Below are positions 12,403 through 24,166 of a stretch of DNA of 64,000 nucleotides, piece after piece. The stretch spans positions 93,682,001 to 93,746,000 of the forward strand of contig OX597817.1 of the NCBI GenBank assembly GCA_951406725.2, read 5' to 3'. The stretch is from Octopus vulgaris. Lineage: Eukaryota. A program made the position numbers and the translations under genes. The number at the start of each line of letters is the position of its first letter. Position 1 is the stretch's first letter. Under the pieces are notes generated by a model that made no database searches, had not been told where the DNA came from, and saw only the letters and a list, made by a program, of their open reading frames with translations.

Positions 12403-12424
12403 GTTATTATTATTAGTATTATTA

Positions 12425-12610
12425 CGCCGAGCAAAATGCGTAACGGCATCTCGTCCGTCGCTACGTTCTGAGTTCAAATTCCGCTGAGGTCGATTTTGTC
12501 TTTCATCCTTTCGGGTCGATAAATTAAGTACCAGTAAAAAACTGGGTTCGATGTAATTGACAAGTCCCGTCTTCCAAATTTCAGGCCTTGTGCATTTTGT
12601 AGAAAGGATT
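12425..12610 (+). mobile_element. tRNA-derived SINE (family B), partial
   Basis: cgttctgagttcaaattccgctgaggtcgattttgtctttcatcctttcgggtcgataaattaagtaccag matches the reverse complement of 2960-3045. Confidence 0.8.
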
Positions 12611-13613
12611 ATTATTATTATTTTGCGAGGGCAGGAGCAAATAGATGTTGATTCGAAAACTCAGCGATTTTTATAATTACATATATTCTAATTTACATTA
12701 TAAATTAATTTTGTATATTTTATAACTGACGCAATATGTATGTACATATAAATATGTATCTACCTATGTATGAGTGTCCACACACACACAATATATATAT
12801 ATATGTTAACACATTTTTTATAAAAGCAATGAGGAAAGTAATTTTAGAGCAGGAGATTAAATATACATAAATTTTAATTTTTTAAGAGTTAACACGTATC
12901 GATTATTCATTTTGTTTAAAGTAAATGTAGTTACTAATAGAGGGTGCTGATGATCAAAGAGACTAGAAAGTGAGTGCTTTATGTTAGGATTAAATAAGCA
13001 TAACACAATTATAGTAGGAGGAATCAATTATTTGAAGTTGGCAAATGTTATTCTTGTTGTTTATACCTCCAGATTATCCTGGATGATCATGGTTCAAAAA
13101 TATTCCATCCATGACCATCTCATCTCTTATTCAAACTGTATATACTGTACATAGATTCACATTACCCAGTGTCCTTCCATTTGAGAGAGAGATTTGGTTA
13201 CTGTGTGTAGCAGGTCAGTTGACCGCGTGATACTTCCTTGCAAGCTCATAGGCACCATGATGTTATTGTTGTTTAGCCCCAGGTCAACCCTAACCACCTC
13301 ATTTATTTATCTAGAGGTTATTTAACTAGAAATACATTATTTAATGTTAGCCTCATTTTTAAGGCTGTGAGGTGAGAACTGAGGGAGATCTGGCTGCTGT
13401 GTGTAGCAAGTCAAGCGATCACACAGAGTGTATGTATCCTTTGCTAGTTCTTGAGCGCCATCTATTTCAGGATAAACGCTAGGATGATAATCACCTTTGA
13501 ATACAGCAGCCGGCTATCGGAGACACGAAGACAGGAAAATATGGCCATACAGTTGTAATTAGTAAACAGAAGTAGTTAGTAGAGTAATGATGTAATTTAC
13601 AAGCAAACCTTAC

Positions 13614-13737
13614 GACTGTTGTTGGAATTGTTCATATGGAAATATTTCACGGTGTCAATCATGGTAACAGAAGTTAAAACATTCATTATGTAAAGTCGAT
13701 GTAAAGTGGGCAGTAGATTTTTGTCTTGAACCTGACC
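13614..13737 (-). other. Candidate internal exon (124 nt) of an unidentified minus-strand transcript
   Basis: Minus strand: cttctcttcacaaactgtttcAG acceptor and GTaagg donor. One frame is open (GQVQDKNLLPTLHRLYIM...NNS). Non-repetitive-looking sequence. Confidence 0.3.
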
Positions 13738-13912
13738 CTGAAACAGTTTGTGAAGAGAAGCCTTGTTTAAACTACAGAGTAATAGACATATCTTTGCTTG
13801 TGCGTGTTTGTGTAAACTGATAGACACTCACAAATCATCATTATCGTCACCACCATCGCTGTCACCGTCGCCATCGCCACTGCTCTCACCCCCTCCCCCA
13901 CCATCATCAGCC

Positions 13913-14080
13913 CAATGCTATCTTAAGGCATGGGCACACAGGGCAGTTGCTCAGAAGCCTCAGAGTTCTGAGGACCCAACTCTGATCTATGTATTCTGTG
14001 GTCTGCAGTCAATAAATAAATACTACAGGGCCCCGTGCATGGACTTGCCGAGAGTCTACAATGCTGTTAAGACGGCCATG
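13913..14080. mobile_element. hAT-like MITE
   Basis: Imperfect TIRs caatgctatcttaa / ttaagacggccatg; 8-bp TSD catcagcc (13905-13912) / catcagct (14081-14088). Confidence 0.65.
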
Positions 14081-14373
14081 CATCAGCTTGATGCCCTCCT
14101 TGTGCTTCGGCTAGCCAAGACACTCCACTTCTCTCAGTGTTGTGCTCCCTGCAGGCATTCACCGAACAAAGTGTTTGCTAATCCGTGCCAACCGATTATA
14201 AATCGTCATATTGATGCTGAACAGCGAGAATCAAAACAATGATTTGTATATATATTCTAAATATGTTGCAACAGATTCGAACATGAATGTGTTTCGTCAT
14301 GCAGCATCAGTTTGTTCACTGAAGTTATAAACAAGAGCTTGGAACTATTTTGAGATTCATTAGTCCGGGATGC

Positions 14374-14421
14374 CTCTAGCTGACGAGACATAACAATGTT
14401 TAAACACCGGTTGTTCTAGGG
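14374..14421 (+). ncRNA. Degenerate hammerhead-like motif
   Basis: TCTAG-CTGACGA-GACAT(aaca)ATGTT-TAAAC-ACCGGT-TGTT-CTAGG. GAAA is mutated to TAAA, so probably inactive. Confidence 0.45.
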
Positions 14422-14510
14422 TCCCTTGCACTAATGAATCGAGGGTTATGAATACACATTCGTCGTAAAAGAAAAGTTCTCTAATGACGAAAAAAACAAC
14501 GATTTTCCAA

Positions 14511-14582
<72 letters not shown>

Positions 14583-14646
14583 CCCTGTCTCTCGCTATAT
14601 ACATATATTATATATACATACATACATATATATATCTATCTATCTA

Positions 14647-14706
<60 letters not shown>

Positions 14707-14727
14707 GAGAGGGAGAGAGAGAGGTAA

Positions 14728-14769
<42 letters not shown>

Positions 14770-15289
14770 GGGGATATCTCATTAGTATGTATGTACAGGT
14801 TTTGGTTTGAAGTGATTTGTTAAACCCCTATGTCTACATTCACATCACACTTACAATAAGGGGTGAAGAGCTAGATTTTAAGAAAGAGGCAGTTGAAGCT
14901 TTATGAGAATGCCTTTGATAGAGGAATCCTATTCGCGCGTGTGTGCTCACGTGTGCTTGTGTATGTGCGTGTGTGTATGTGCGTATGTGTGTGTATGTGT
15001 GTGTGTGTATGTGTGTTTTAGGGTAGTTGTTAAAGTGTATATGTAAGTGTAAGCTGATTATTCTAAGTTTGTGTGTAAGTTCGTTTTTGTGGGCATGTAT
15101 TTGAGTGAGCGCTGTATATGGGTTATCGTATATTGGTATGTTACTACTATAGGTGAGTGCGTATATGCATGTGGGATTTGTTTTGGCTGTGCTCTGAAGA
15201 TTCTCAGTTATTTTCTGTTCAACTTATAAGCTGTTGACTACAATTTTTACAATGTATTACATTAAATTTTTTTCCTTGCTTTTATGAAT

Positions 15290-17095
15290 TCAGGCTCTTC
15301 ATCTCACCATAAATATCAGCTCAAAAGCCACATCACAAATAAAGCTAATGTATTTTGTTTATTGTCCACCATGATTTAAAAGGACAGAAAGTCAACAATA
15401 GTGTCATAAAGCTATTAGAGTTTGCAACAGAATCCTTTTGTCTGTTATAGAACATGAGTTATGAATGTTAGTGCACCAAATTTTTTATATTCTCGTCATA
15501 GGGTTTAAAGCCGGAGCTTTGATTTTATCAACAGCAGATATTACTAAGCGTTTTAACAAGGTACTGCTGAATTATTCGCAATTCACACAGTGAATTGCAA
15601 ATAGATCAGGCGCTTCCTTTTTCATATATGAATAACATCAAACTTGCTTGGTGACCTGTCATAGTCGGTATATTAGCAGTTGCGCATATCGCCGAAGGGA
15701 ATGTTTTTTATCTTCGTGCTAAATTTTTAAAAGGTTGAAAATCGTTTCCCTTGTTATATCTGTTTTAACGATTTACAGATTGGCATTTTTTCATAGATTT
15801 TCTTTCTTTAACAAATCATACGAAAACCACTAATAAAGCTTCGTTAGCTCGTACAGTTGATTCATCTAACTGAATGCTAAATTTAGTTCACCTAAGTTTC
15901 ATGCACAACTGATTTTCTATATCTTCACATATTTCATCAATCAGGTGAGAGACAGTATCATTTACCGAGAGAACCTATTGAAAAAAATCTGTTTCTAAGG
16001 AGTGTGGTACGAATTTCGGAGGATATTGTTGTGGTTCGGCTGGTACTTCTTGACCTACTTTGCTTGGCTTGGAGACTGAAAGTCTAGAATACAAAGTTAT
16101 AGTCCTTTGTTCACGGAAGAGTGATGGCTTTTGGAAGGACCCTACCCTTTTGCCGGTCAAGAAAGGGGCAGAGAAACCACCTTATAAAAAGGAGCTGTGA
16201 GTCTGTAAGATCAGTTCCGGCCGGAGAGATTGAGAGACAGTCGGTATTTGGGAGTCAGGGCGAACGGTTGGCATTTTTGGAGTTCAAGGCAAGCAGTTTA
16301 GCAGTTGGATTTAGCAGTGCTAAGAGAGATGAGGTACAATATGAGACATTGGCTATTATAGCAGGAACTGAACGGTATGTGTTATTGTTGTATTGATATG
16401 TGAAGAGAAAGAAGGAAAAAGAATCGATGTATTGAAATGTGTAATGACATTGTGTACAGAGTTGTTGAAAAGAATTTAATGAACAATGTGAACTGTGTTG
16501 ATATGTGTTACAGAACTGTTAAGGCAAAAGAGAACTGTGTAATGAACATTGAACTGATATGCCTTTAATGTCCTTTGAACTGTAACGTTAATGTGATTTG
16601 AAACAGAACTGTTGTCTCCGGACTGTATGATGTATTGATTTGTTGTTTAATTCGACGTGTACTCTTTAAATGCTGTTGTTATTGCATTTGATGCGTTGTT
16701 ACTTGCATGTATTTACCTGATGTATCTGATTACTTGCATGTATTTACCTGATGTATCTGATATGTATTTGATGTTGTAACAATTATAGAGTGTAATAGTA
16801 ATATAAACTAGTTGTTAAATGTGAGCCAATTGCCTTGCCTTCTTTGTGTCTCTCTCGATTGCCTCTGTGTCTCTTCTTGCGGCTGCTGCTGTTGCTGTTG
16901 TCTCTCTCTCCTCTCCGAGTTTCTGTGGCGAACATTCGCTGATCGAACGGGTCTGTGTGAGGGATTCCGTAACAGCTTTCGTTCGACGGAGGCCCCCCCT
17001 CGTAACAATATTATTATAGTCTGTGTAATTTTCTACATTTTTATTAATTGCAATATCTTGTATGAAGCAATGAGATAAATACCAAGTTTTGGATT
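15290..17095 (-). mobile_element. hAT Buster/Charlie-type transposase relic, interrupted by a solo LTR
   Basis: Minus translation LIASYKILQLI (~17040-17075), then beyond the LTR NDTVSHLIDEICEDIENQLCMKLR*TKFSIQLDESTVRANEALLVVFV (~15820-15963), typical of Buster/ZBED5-like transposases. Confidence 0.8.
16027..17007 (+). mobile_element. Solo LTR (Gypsy-like), copy 1
   Basis: Starts TGTTG, ends CGTAACA, flanked by a 4-bp ATAT/ATAT duplication, TATA box cttataaaaagg (~16181). Homologous to 36241-37250. Confidence 0.8.
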
Positions 17096-17104
17096 ACAGT
17101 AGGA

Positions 17105-17714
17105 TGTTTTCCAAATGTCTCCTCCATCTTTTTCATATATCATTTTTCTGGGTGTTTTCTCAAAAAAGACAAAACAAGGTTGAGAATAGTGGTGGAAGGA
17201 AGACCGCCTGTATGTTTTCTATGTGGAGTAAGTGAACCATGAAAGCCAAGTGTCCCCAGAAACACGAAGAGGAGGAGACAGAGAAGGAATATCAGGAAGA
17301 TGAGGGTGCAACCTTGGAGAAGGAGAAAATGGAAGAGCAATATGCAGTAGTAAAAAGAAGAGTAATACAGACTCACCACCAAAAAGTCCGATGAAGAAAA
17401 GAAAGGCAAGTGGAGAGGCGAAACAGAGTGAAAAACAAGAGAATACGAATGAGAAGAGAAAAAAATGAAAAGACAACAAAAGTAAGTGAGGAACGAACGC
17501 AGAGACCATCAACTAGCGAGGAGGAAAGAGTACAAAAGAGAAAGGAAAATGAAAGAGAGATGATAGCAACACAGAATGAGAGACAGAGAGAGATAGAAAT
17601 GTCAGCGGCAGAGGAGGGGATTGGTGAGGATATGTATTTTGATGTACTCGATTGTATTGTTTTGTCTGTTTTTGTGTTGTCCCATTGAAGTCTTGTGCCT
17701 AATTAAAGAAATAA
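17105..17714 (+). mobile_element. Putative ORF1-only non-autonomous Tx1-related retroelement (5' truncated)
   Basis: KTRLRIVVEGRPPVCFLCGVSE(fs)MKAKCP zinc knuckle (17170-17256), similar to ORF1 6960-7045. A charged low-complexity stretch follows, then directly a LINE-like tail ...gtcccattgaagtcttgtgcctaattaaagaaataa. Confidence 0.6.
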
Positions 17715-18560
17715 GGACGTTGGTGTTGCCTTGGCAGAGGTTTGCGCTTTCTGAGTGCATTTATTTTCTTTAAAATATGATGTCGAAGACATTTTTTTAA
17801 CGAACAAGCAAAAACAAAGAGTATTACCACACTTAAAACTACCCGAGCATGTTTTGACTGATAAAAGTCAATATCGATTTAAAATCAAGATATTTTTTCT
17901 AAAGTTTGACTGTTGTGCTAAGGTCTTCAAAAATTGCTGGGAAATTTACTCTGGCGAATATCTTTATTACCTAGTCACTACCATTCGGACGCTGATGAAA
18001 AGCTTGAGGTCTTTGACAGAGTGAATAAGTAGACACTTAATATGTGTGGCACCCTCTAGATGTTCGCGTAAAAGGTTGCTATTGTCAGAAATTCAGATTT
18101 TAAAATGATTCCACTAGTGGAATTTACCGAAAATTCATTAATTCACCAGAGAGTTCGCTGACCGACAACTGAAACGATAATCTATTTAATTATTTTTAGT
18201 CATAGTGGTGCACAAATGTCTGAAATTTAAAAGAACAATGATAGGCCGGAAAATTGAAAGTTAGTTCCTTCAATGACCTATTAACTGATAACCATCAAAA
18301 CGACTCGAGGTTGCTGTTTGTACGAACCCAAATAACAAATAACCATTTATTCTGTCTTTTAGCTATTTTATCGCATTAAAGAAATTACTAATTTAAATGA
18401 AAGGCGCTTGGATGGATAGATTTTCCTACGCCATGTAGCCAAAAGACCATTTGATTGAGATATCTACACTACAATGCAGAGAAAGATGTCAAATCTATAC
18501 CAAAGTTCTTCAAATCTTAGGGTGTGGAATGTACCGTGGTATTAATATTGAAGGAGAATC

Positions 18561-18976
18561 GGATCTTTTCGGTTTGAACGGCAGTTTTTTCTAGCGGTGT
18601 CATGAAATTGTCACCCATAATTTTGACCCTAGTATCGATCTATTGCATTTCAATCTATTTTAGGGTTAGGGTTAGTTAGGGTGGGGGAAGGGTATCTTTT
18701 TTTCTTCACAAATGTAAATAAACCCAATCTGTTTCTTAAACGAGGTACATATTCATACGGCACAGAATGTTGTTTACCTCAATGGACGTCAGTGATTGGT
18801 TGAAATTGCAGAAATTGAAGAAAACAATAACAAATATCTTACAAACTATACAATTTTCTCAATAAAGCCAAGAGAAAAAAATGTTTTATAAACACATTCT
18901 ACCAGTATACGAAGTTAAAATTTTTTTAGTTACCTAGAAATTATGTTAAAAACTGCCGTTCAAACCGAAAAGATCC
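18561..18976. mobile_element. MITE with GGATCTTTTC TIRs
   Basis: TIRs ggatcttttcggtttgaacggcagttttt / aaaaactgccgttcaaaccgaaaagatcc; TSD ggagaatc / agagaatc (7 of 8 match); internal TTAGGG-like repeats at ~18660-18682. Confidence 0.85.
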
Positions 18977-20546
18977 AGAGAATCTGTACTCATTAAAACC
19001 ACACATATCTAAATTTAAAAGATCAAATTATAATAAATTTGGCTGCACTGCTTTGTTGTTCATTCTTTATCCTTACTTCACTGATGATAATGTAAAAATT
19101 TGCTCGCCATTTAATTCAAGCTTCTGTCTGCCCCTCTGTAATTATTTTTTCTCATCGCTCACTCCTGGGGCAGTACTTTGGAAAACACTAGATTGCCGTC
19201 TTAAAAAAAACAAGGACACATAATTCATACTGCACAAATTACATATACAACAGTTACAAGTTTTTGAGGAGATTAGCCGATTATATCGACCTCGGTACAT
19301 GACTGGTATTTATTTTATAGACTCCGAAGGATGAAAGACAAAGTTGATCTCGACAGAAACAGAAAAAAATAAGTTTGATGATGACTGGCTCAGAGCTGAC
19401 TTAGGACTAAACAACAACGCCAACATGTTATCTCTGGAGAAATGATAGCAAGTTTAACTAGACACAAACCATACATCTGGTCTATTCAAGTGCACAGCGA
19501 GATACACTTGCTAGAGATAGCTACGAAATGGCCTTCTTAAAACAGAAGGATACATAGCATAATAAAATCATAGGTACACTGTTCGTAAAAACACAAGATG
19601 GTCACGGATGGAATGCATTTGATCATAACTTTGCTCGATTCGAGTTAATGTGAACTAAACTACAACACTACTCAGTCTAAACAAGGTCCATCTACCTGCA
19701 AGAAAAAGCAGTCAAATCTCCTTTAGTCTATTTGCTATGATCCTAAAAAACAACGTTAAACCAAACTTAAAATATATTTATGAAACCGCAGTCAGAAATG
19801 AGGACATGATGGCCACATCTGGAACGTTGTTGGAACGAAAGCCTGTTGTAATTTGTTGAACAGAAACTGTAAATCTTTCAACAGTGAAAGAAATGAAAAT
19901 AAAGAAATCAGGTTTCCATGGAAACGTCAGTGGTGAGTGTAAGAGACCACCCAGGTAGGGAGTTGGCTTAGTAAGCACAGGGGCATGGGTTGAGGAAATG
20001 GGTGGAGGTGGGGAGAAGGAAGCGATGGAGAGAAATGGACTAATGGTATATACATAAGTAAATACATGTGTATGTCTATATATATCTGTGTGCGCGTGTG
20101 TGTGTGTGTATGTGTGTGTGTATATATATACACACACGTGCACGTAAATGTATGATTTGTGTGTGGGCGTGTGTGTACGTCTGTATGTGTCTGTGTGTGA
20201 ATGCGTGCGGGGATGTGTGCGTGTGTGCGCATGTGTGTGTGTATGTGTGTGTGTATGTGTAAATATATCTGTTCTAATCTCGAATCTGACCTCACCAACT
20301 TTTACCTCGCATCATCATCTATGTTGAAGACAGAAATATTAATTAATGTTGCTGATGTTTATTATCCTTGGTTCCTGGTTCGATTCCTATCTAATTATTC
20401 CACAATCTGTTTTGCTTTCTATTTTATCATTAATTTCTTTTATTGTTGTTACTTCTCTTTCCTCTTCAATTAAAGGAAATCTGGAATGTTGTGTACGGGA
20501 TCGTTTTTGTCAATCCTGATGCTTTTGATGTTGTCGTCGTTGTTGT

Positions 20547-20918
20547 TATTACCTCCGCCCTCGCTAAGGCTGAGGTATAGTTTTCAGTCGTGTTTGTTCG
20601 TTTGACTTTGAACAAGATATCTCAAGAACCGCTGGATGGATTCGAATGAACATTTCAGGGATGTTTGGCTTCATCACTGCACAAACTGATTATATTTTGG
20701 GATCGATTCAGTACCGGACAAGGATTCTTGATTATTTTTTCCGTTTTTTTTTAACTTAATTTTTGAGAGCAATCAGATTCATTTTTAGTATTCTCGTTTG
20801 TGAGAGTAGTCGAGTTTATTTCAGAAATTCTCTTTTTAAAATTCATCTCTGGCTAATCGTTGAGAGGACGTTGGTGTTGCCTTGGCGGAGGTTTGTACTC
20901 TCTGAGTGCTCTAGTTGT
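20547..20918 (+). mobile_element. Helentron-associated (HINE/DINE-1-like) non-autonomous element
   Basis: Starts ttatttacctccgcc...aagg.tgaggt, followed by a GTTT-like microsatellite, and ends ccttggcggaggtttgtactctctgagtgctctagtt (subterminal IR plus 3' hairpin). Same 3' end at 17715-17760. Confidence 0.65.
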
Positions 20919-21060
20919 TAATGTTGTCTTAAGAGTGGTGCAGTAGTGTACTGACAGTGGTGAAGTGGTCATGTTAATGATGAAGATAATTATGATGGTA
21001 TTGAAGGTTGCGATGATGGTGGGGATTTTGGTGATAGCGATTGTAGTAGTGGTGAAACTA

Positions 21061-21156
<96 letters not shown>

Positions 21157-21189
21157 GTCTGTGCGCACGCGTTTGTTTATGTATGATGT

Positions 21190-22515
21190 TTTCTGTTTTT
21201 ATTATTGAAATTCTTCCTTTGAAAAAGGAGCTAGTTTCTAACAATGATACAAAGCTCCATCGTTGGAATATAGATAACGAAAACGATGTCACATTTTAAA
21301 CCTGAGAAAAGTCTTGCTTAGTTTTGCTGTTCCGCTTACCGATTGTGTTTGTAACGTGCGAATCTGTTGGTTGATTTCTTTTTTCTGAAAATCCAAGTTT
21401 ATCCAGGCTGACAGTAAGGTATTTACTTACAAAACCAAGTACACCATTTATTAGTGGTGTAAATGTAAATTTGTAATCCAAATATAGAAGCTGGAGGTTT
21501 CGAAGCAGTTGTCCACAGTTATCTTCTATCTCTTTGATTTTCAAAAGAGACATTCACATCAGCAGGACAGCTGACCCTCTATGATGGTACATACATTTTT
21601 GTCTCAATTAACAATATCCGGCCTGTTATGCTTACACTTAATGTTTTGATGGGAATGTTCCACCAGTATTTCTTGTGTTGATAATTGTGTACGTATTCAA
21701 TAGCAGGGGGATTCTCTATATTTGTTCCAGGACAGTCTTTTTTCCGGACGCATTGTATATTGTTTTTGCGACAACATCGTGTTGCATAGGGAAGTAGTAC
21801 CATGACATTTTTGGGCAACTGCTAATCACATACGTGATGTCTTCCTCAAAAATATGACATTTTCTACATTTTCGGTTACACCTTATAACTCCAAGGGCTT
21901 CACTGTCTCTTTTGTTTATTAGGTATTTCGTAGGAATCTCGTCTTTTTTATATCAAATGCATAGCCATCAAAGTGTGATGTAATGGAGCGGTTACGGGTC
22001 CAAGATAGGCTTCGTTTCATATCAATATTACTGTCTTCTTCAAGTCTTCGGGAAACATATTCATGCATGGTTTTTATTTTGGTATGCTGAACGTTTCACC
22101 TCCAGGTCATCTTTGAGTTATACTAGCCCGGCTGATTTGGAGTTGTATGGGAGGTCATCGGGAAGAGGATGCTTCCTGATGAGCTCACACCTGACAAGTA
22201 GAATTATTGTTTTCTTCACTTTTCAGCACTAAGTTAATGTATTTATTTTTGCTGCGTTGTTTGACAAATGTCAGCTGAGAGAGATCACTATTTCTGTGAA
22301 GATTTGAAGTCAGAATCTTCTGGGTTTTAATGTTTACGGGTGGATTTCTTCTACCGACGAGTCAAGTATCCCAAATGTTGGAATCAGTAGCGATACTGCA
22401 AATGAATTATGAGATATTGTCTTGATGTAAGAGGAGAGTGCCATATTTTTCTAAGTCTGATATGATATTCTTCGGTCCAGTTGATACATTTGCATCAATG
22501 CTTAGGCAAGTGTAG
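21190..22515 (-). mobile_element. R4/Dong-clade LINE 3' fragment, highly degenerate
   Basis: Minus-strand remnants NSFAVSLLIPTFGILD, EIPTKYLINKRD, KYWWNIPIKT, KIKEIEDNCGQLLRNLQLLYLDYKFTFTPLINGVLGFV (RLE domain). Confidence 0.7.
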
Positions 22516-22984
22516 CATTCTTTGTGTGGGACAATGTATGTATGTATGTATGTATGTATGTATGTATGTATGTATGTATGTATGTATGTATGTATGTATG
22601 TATGTATGTATGTGTGTATGTGTGTATGTATGTATGCATGTGTGTATGTGTGTATGTATGTATGTATGTATGTATGTATGTATGTATGTATGTATGTATG
22701 GATGGATGGATGGATGGATGGATGGATGGATGGATGCATGTATGTATGCATGTATGCATGCATGTATGTATGTATGTATGTATGTATGTATGTATGTATG
22801 CACGTACGTATGCATTATGTATGTACGTGTGTGTGTGAGTGTGTATCTATCTATGTATCTATCTATTTCTTTGTCCGTCTCCTCACACCCCTCCACCTAC
22901 ATGCTGTAGTACAAACTATTAGGAAGTACCAGTAACGGAATATATATGTGTGTGTGTATGTGTGTGTGTGTGTGCGTGTGTGTG

Positions 22985-23205
22985 TTGCGTGTTTGTTCCC
23001 TCACCTTTGCTTGACAACTGATGCTGATGTGTTTATGTCCCCGTAACTTAGCGGTTCGGCAAAAGAGACCGATAGTATAAGTACTAGACTTAGAAAGAAG
23101 TATAAGTACTAGACTTCTTTCTAAGTCTAGTACTTATAGTACTTATAAGGCAGTAATTCAGCATAGCCGCAATCAAATGACTGAAGCAAGTAAAAGAATA
23201 AAGGA
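22985..23205 (+). mobile_element. SINE family A 3' half with internal inverted duplication
   Basis: gcttgacaactgatgctgatgtgtttatgtccccgtaacttagcggttcggcaaaagagaccgatag...caaatgactgaagcaagtaaaaga, as in 39570-39757. Confidence 0.75.
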
Positions 23206-23214
23206 ATATATATA

Positions 23215-23400
23215 TAGTTGAAATTTATAGAAAACAAAAGACGAAGACAGGTGTATTAGTTTGACGCTCGGGAAAATGAAAAAATCGTTTACGTTTCGAG
23301 CCAACGCTTTTCAACAAAAGAGAAAATAAACAGAGCATAAAGAGAAAATAAACAGAGAGAATAAAAAAAGACTTGTAGATTTAACGGTCAAGCATGGTCA
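23215..23400 (-). mobile_element. Penelope-pLTR-like repeat with degenerate hammerhead, copy 1
   Basis: aaaacaaaagacgaagacaggtg...tattagt..gacgctc.gg...tttacgtttcgagcc.acgctttt is shared with 54505-54700. Confidence 0.6.
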
Positions 23401-23410
23401 CTCACTCTCA

Positions 23411-23487
<77 letters not shown>

Positions 23488-23509
23488 AAATACAAACACT
23501 CAAATATGT

Positions 23510-23673
23510 ATAGGCGCAGGCGTGGCTGTGTGGTAAGAAGCTTGCTTTCCAACCACATAGTTTGGGGTTCATTCCCACAGTGTGGTACCTTGGGCAAGTG
23601 TTTTCTACTATAACCTCGGGCCAACCAGAGCCTTGTAAGTGTATTTGGTAGATGGAAGCTAGAAAAAGCCTGT

Positions 23674-23676
<3 letters not shown>
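23510..23676 (+). mobile_element. tRNA-derived SINE (family A) 5' half
   Basis: taggcgcaggcgtggctgtgtggtaag...ggttcattcccac...accttgggcaagtg (CORE-SINE-like motif). Confidence 0.85.
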
Positions 23677-23724
<48 letters not shown>

Positions 23725-23852
23725 GCTTATATATATATATATATATATAATAATAAATATTAGGGAATAAATCCAAATTTACAGGGAAAAAAATCAGATT
23801 TAGGATTAAATCCAATTTTATAGTAAAATATTATATAATATTAATTAGAGAC

Positions 23853-23995
<143 letters not shown>

Positions 23996-24064
23996 TCCCG
24001 GGTTGATTCGGGTTAACCACAGTAAATTATATAGAAGGAGTTCTCAGGACTAGAACTGTTTCAT

Positions 24065-24115
24065 AGCTTCCTGAAGATTTCTCTTGAATGAAACAGTTCT
24101 AGTCCTGTAGAAGCT
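24065..24115 (+). ncRNA. Type I hammerhead ribozyme, apparently intact
   Basis: Stem I AGCTTC/GAAGCT (6 bp), core CTGAAGA (24071-24077), stem II TTC(tctt)GAA, GAAA (24090-24093), stem III CAG/CTG, NUH = GTA with predicted cleavage after 24109. Confidence 0.75.
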
Positions 24116-24126
24116 CCTTCTATATA

Positions 24127-24166
<40 letters not shown>

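Noticed and set aside
17990-18020. CTGATGA hammerhead-like heptamers at ~17992, ~19081 and ~22176
   Set aside because: No stem II plus GAAA plus NUH and stem I arrangement follows.
17760-18400. Possible additional hAT-like coding relic (LLREHLE on the minus strand)
   Set aside because: Too short and degenerate to support a call by eye.
18655-18690. TTAGGG repeats as an interstitial telomere (also 30215-30255 and 30510-30540)
   Set aside because: Only 2-4 imperfect units, located inside MITE arms.
19793-19933. Plus-strand exon candidate ending in GTGAGT
   Set aside because: Weak acceptor, stops in all three frames from that acceptor, and no recognisable homology.
22407-22935. Many ORFs such as MYVCMYVC..., HTYIHTYI..., YIYIYI..., LSIYLSIY... 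(here and across the window)
   Set aside because: They are translations of (TATG)n, (CA)n, (TA)n and (TCTA)n microsatellites, not genes.
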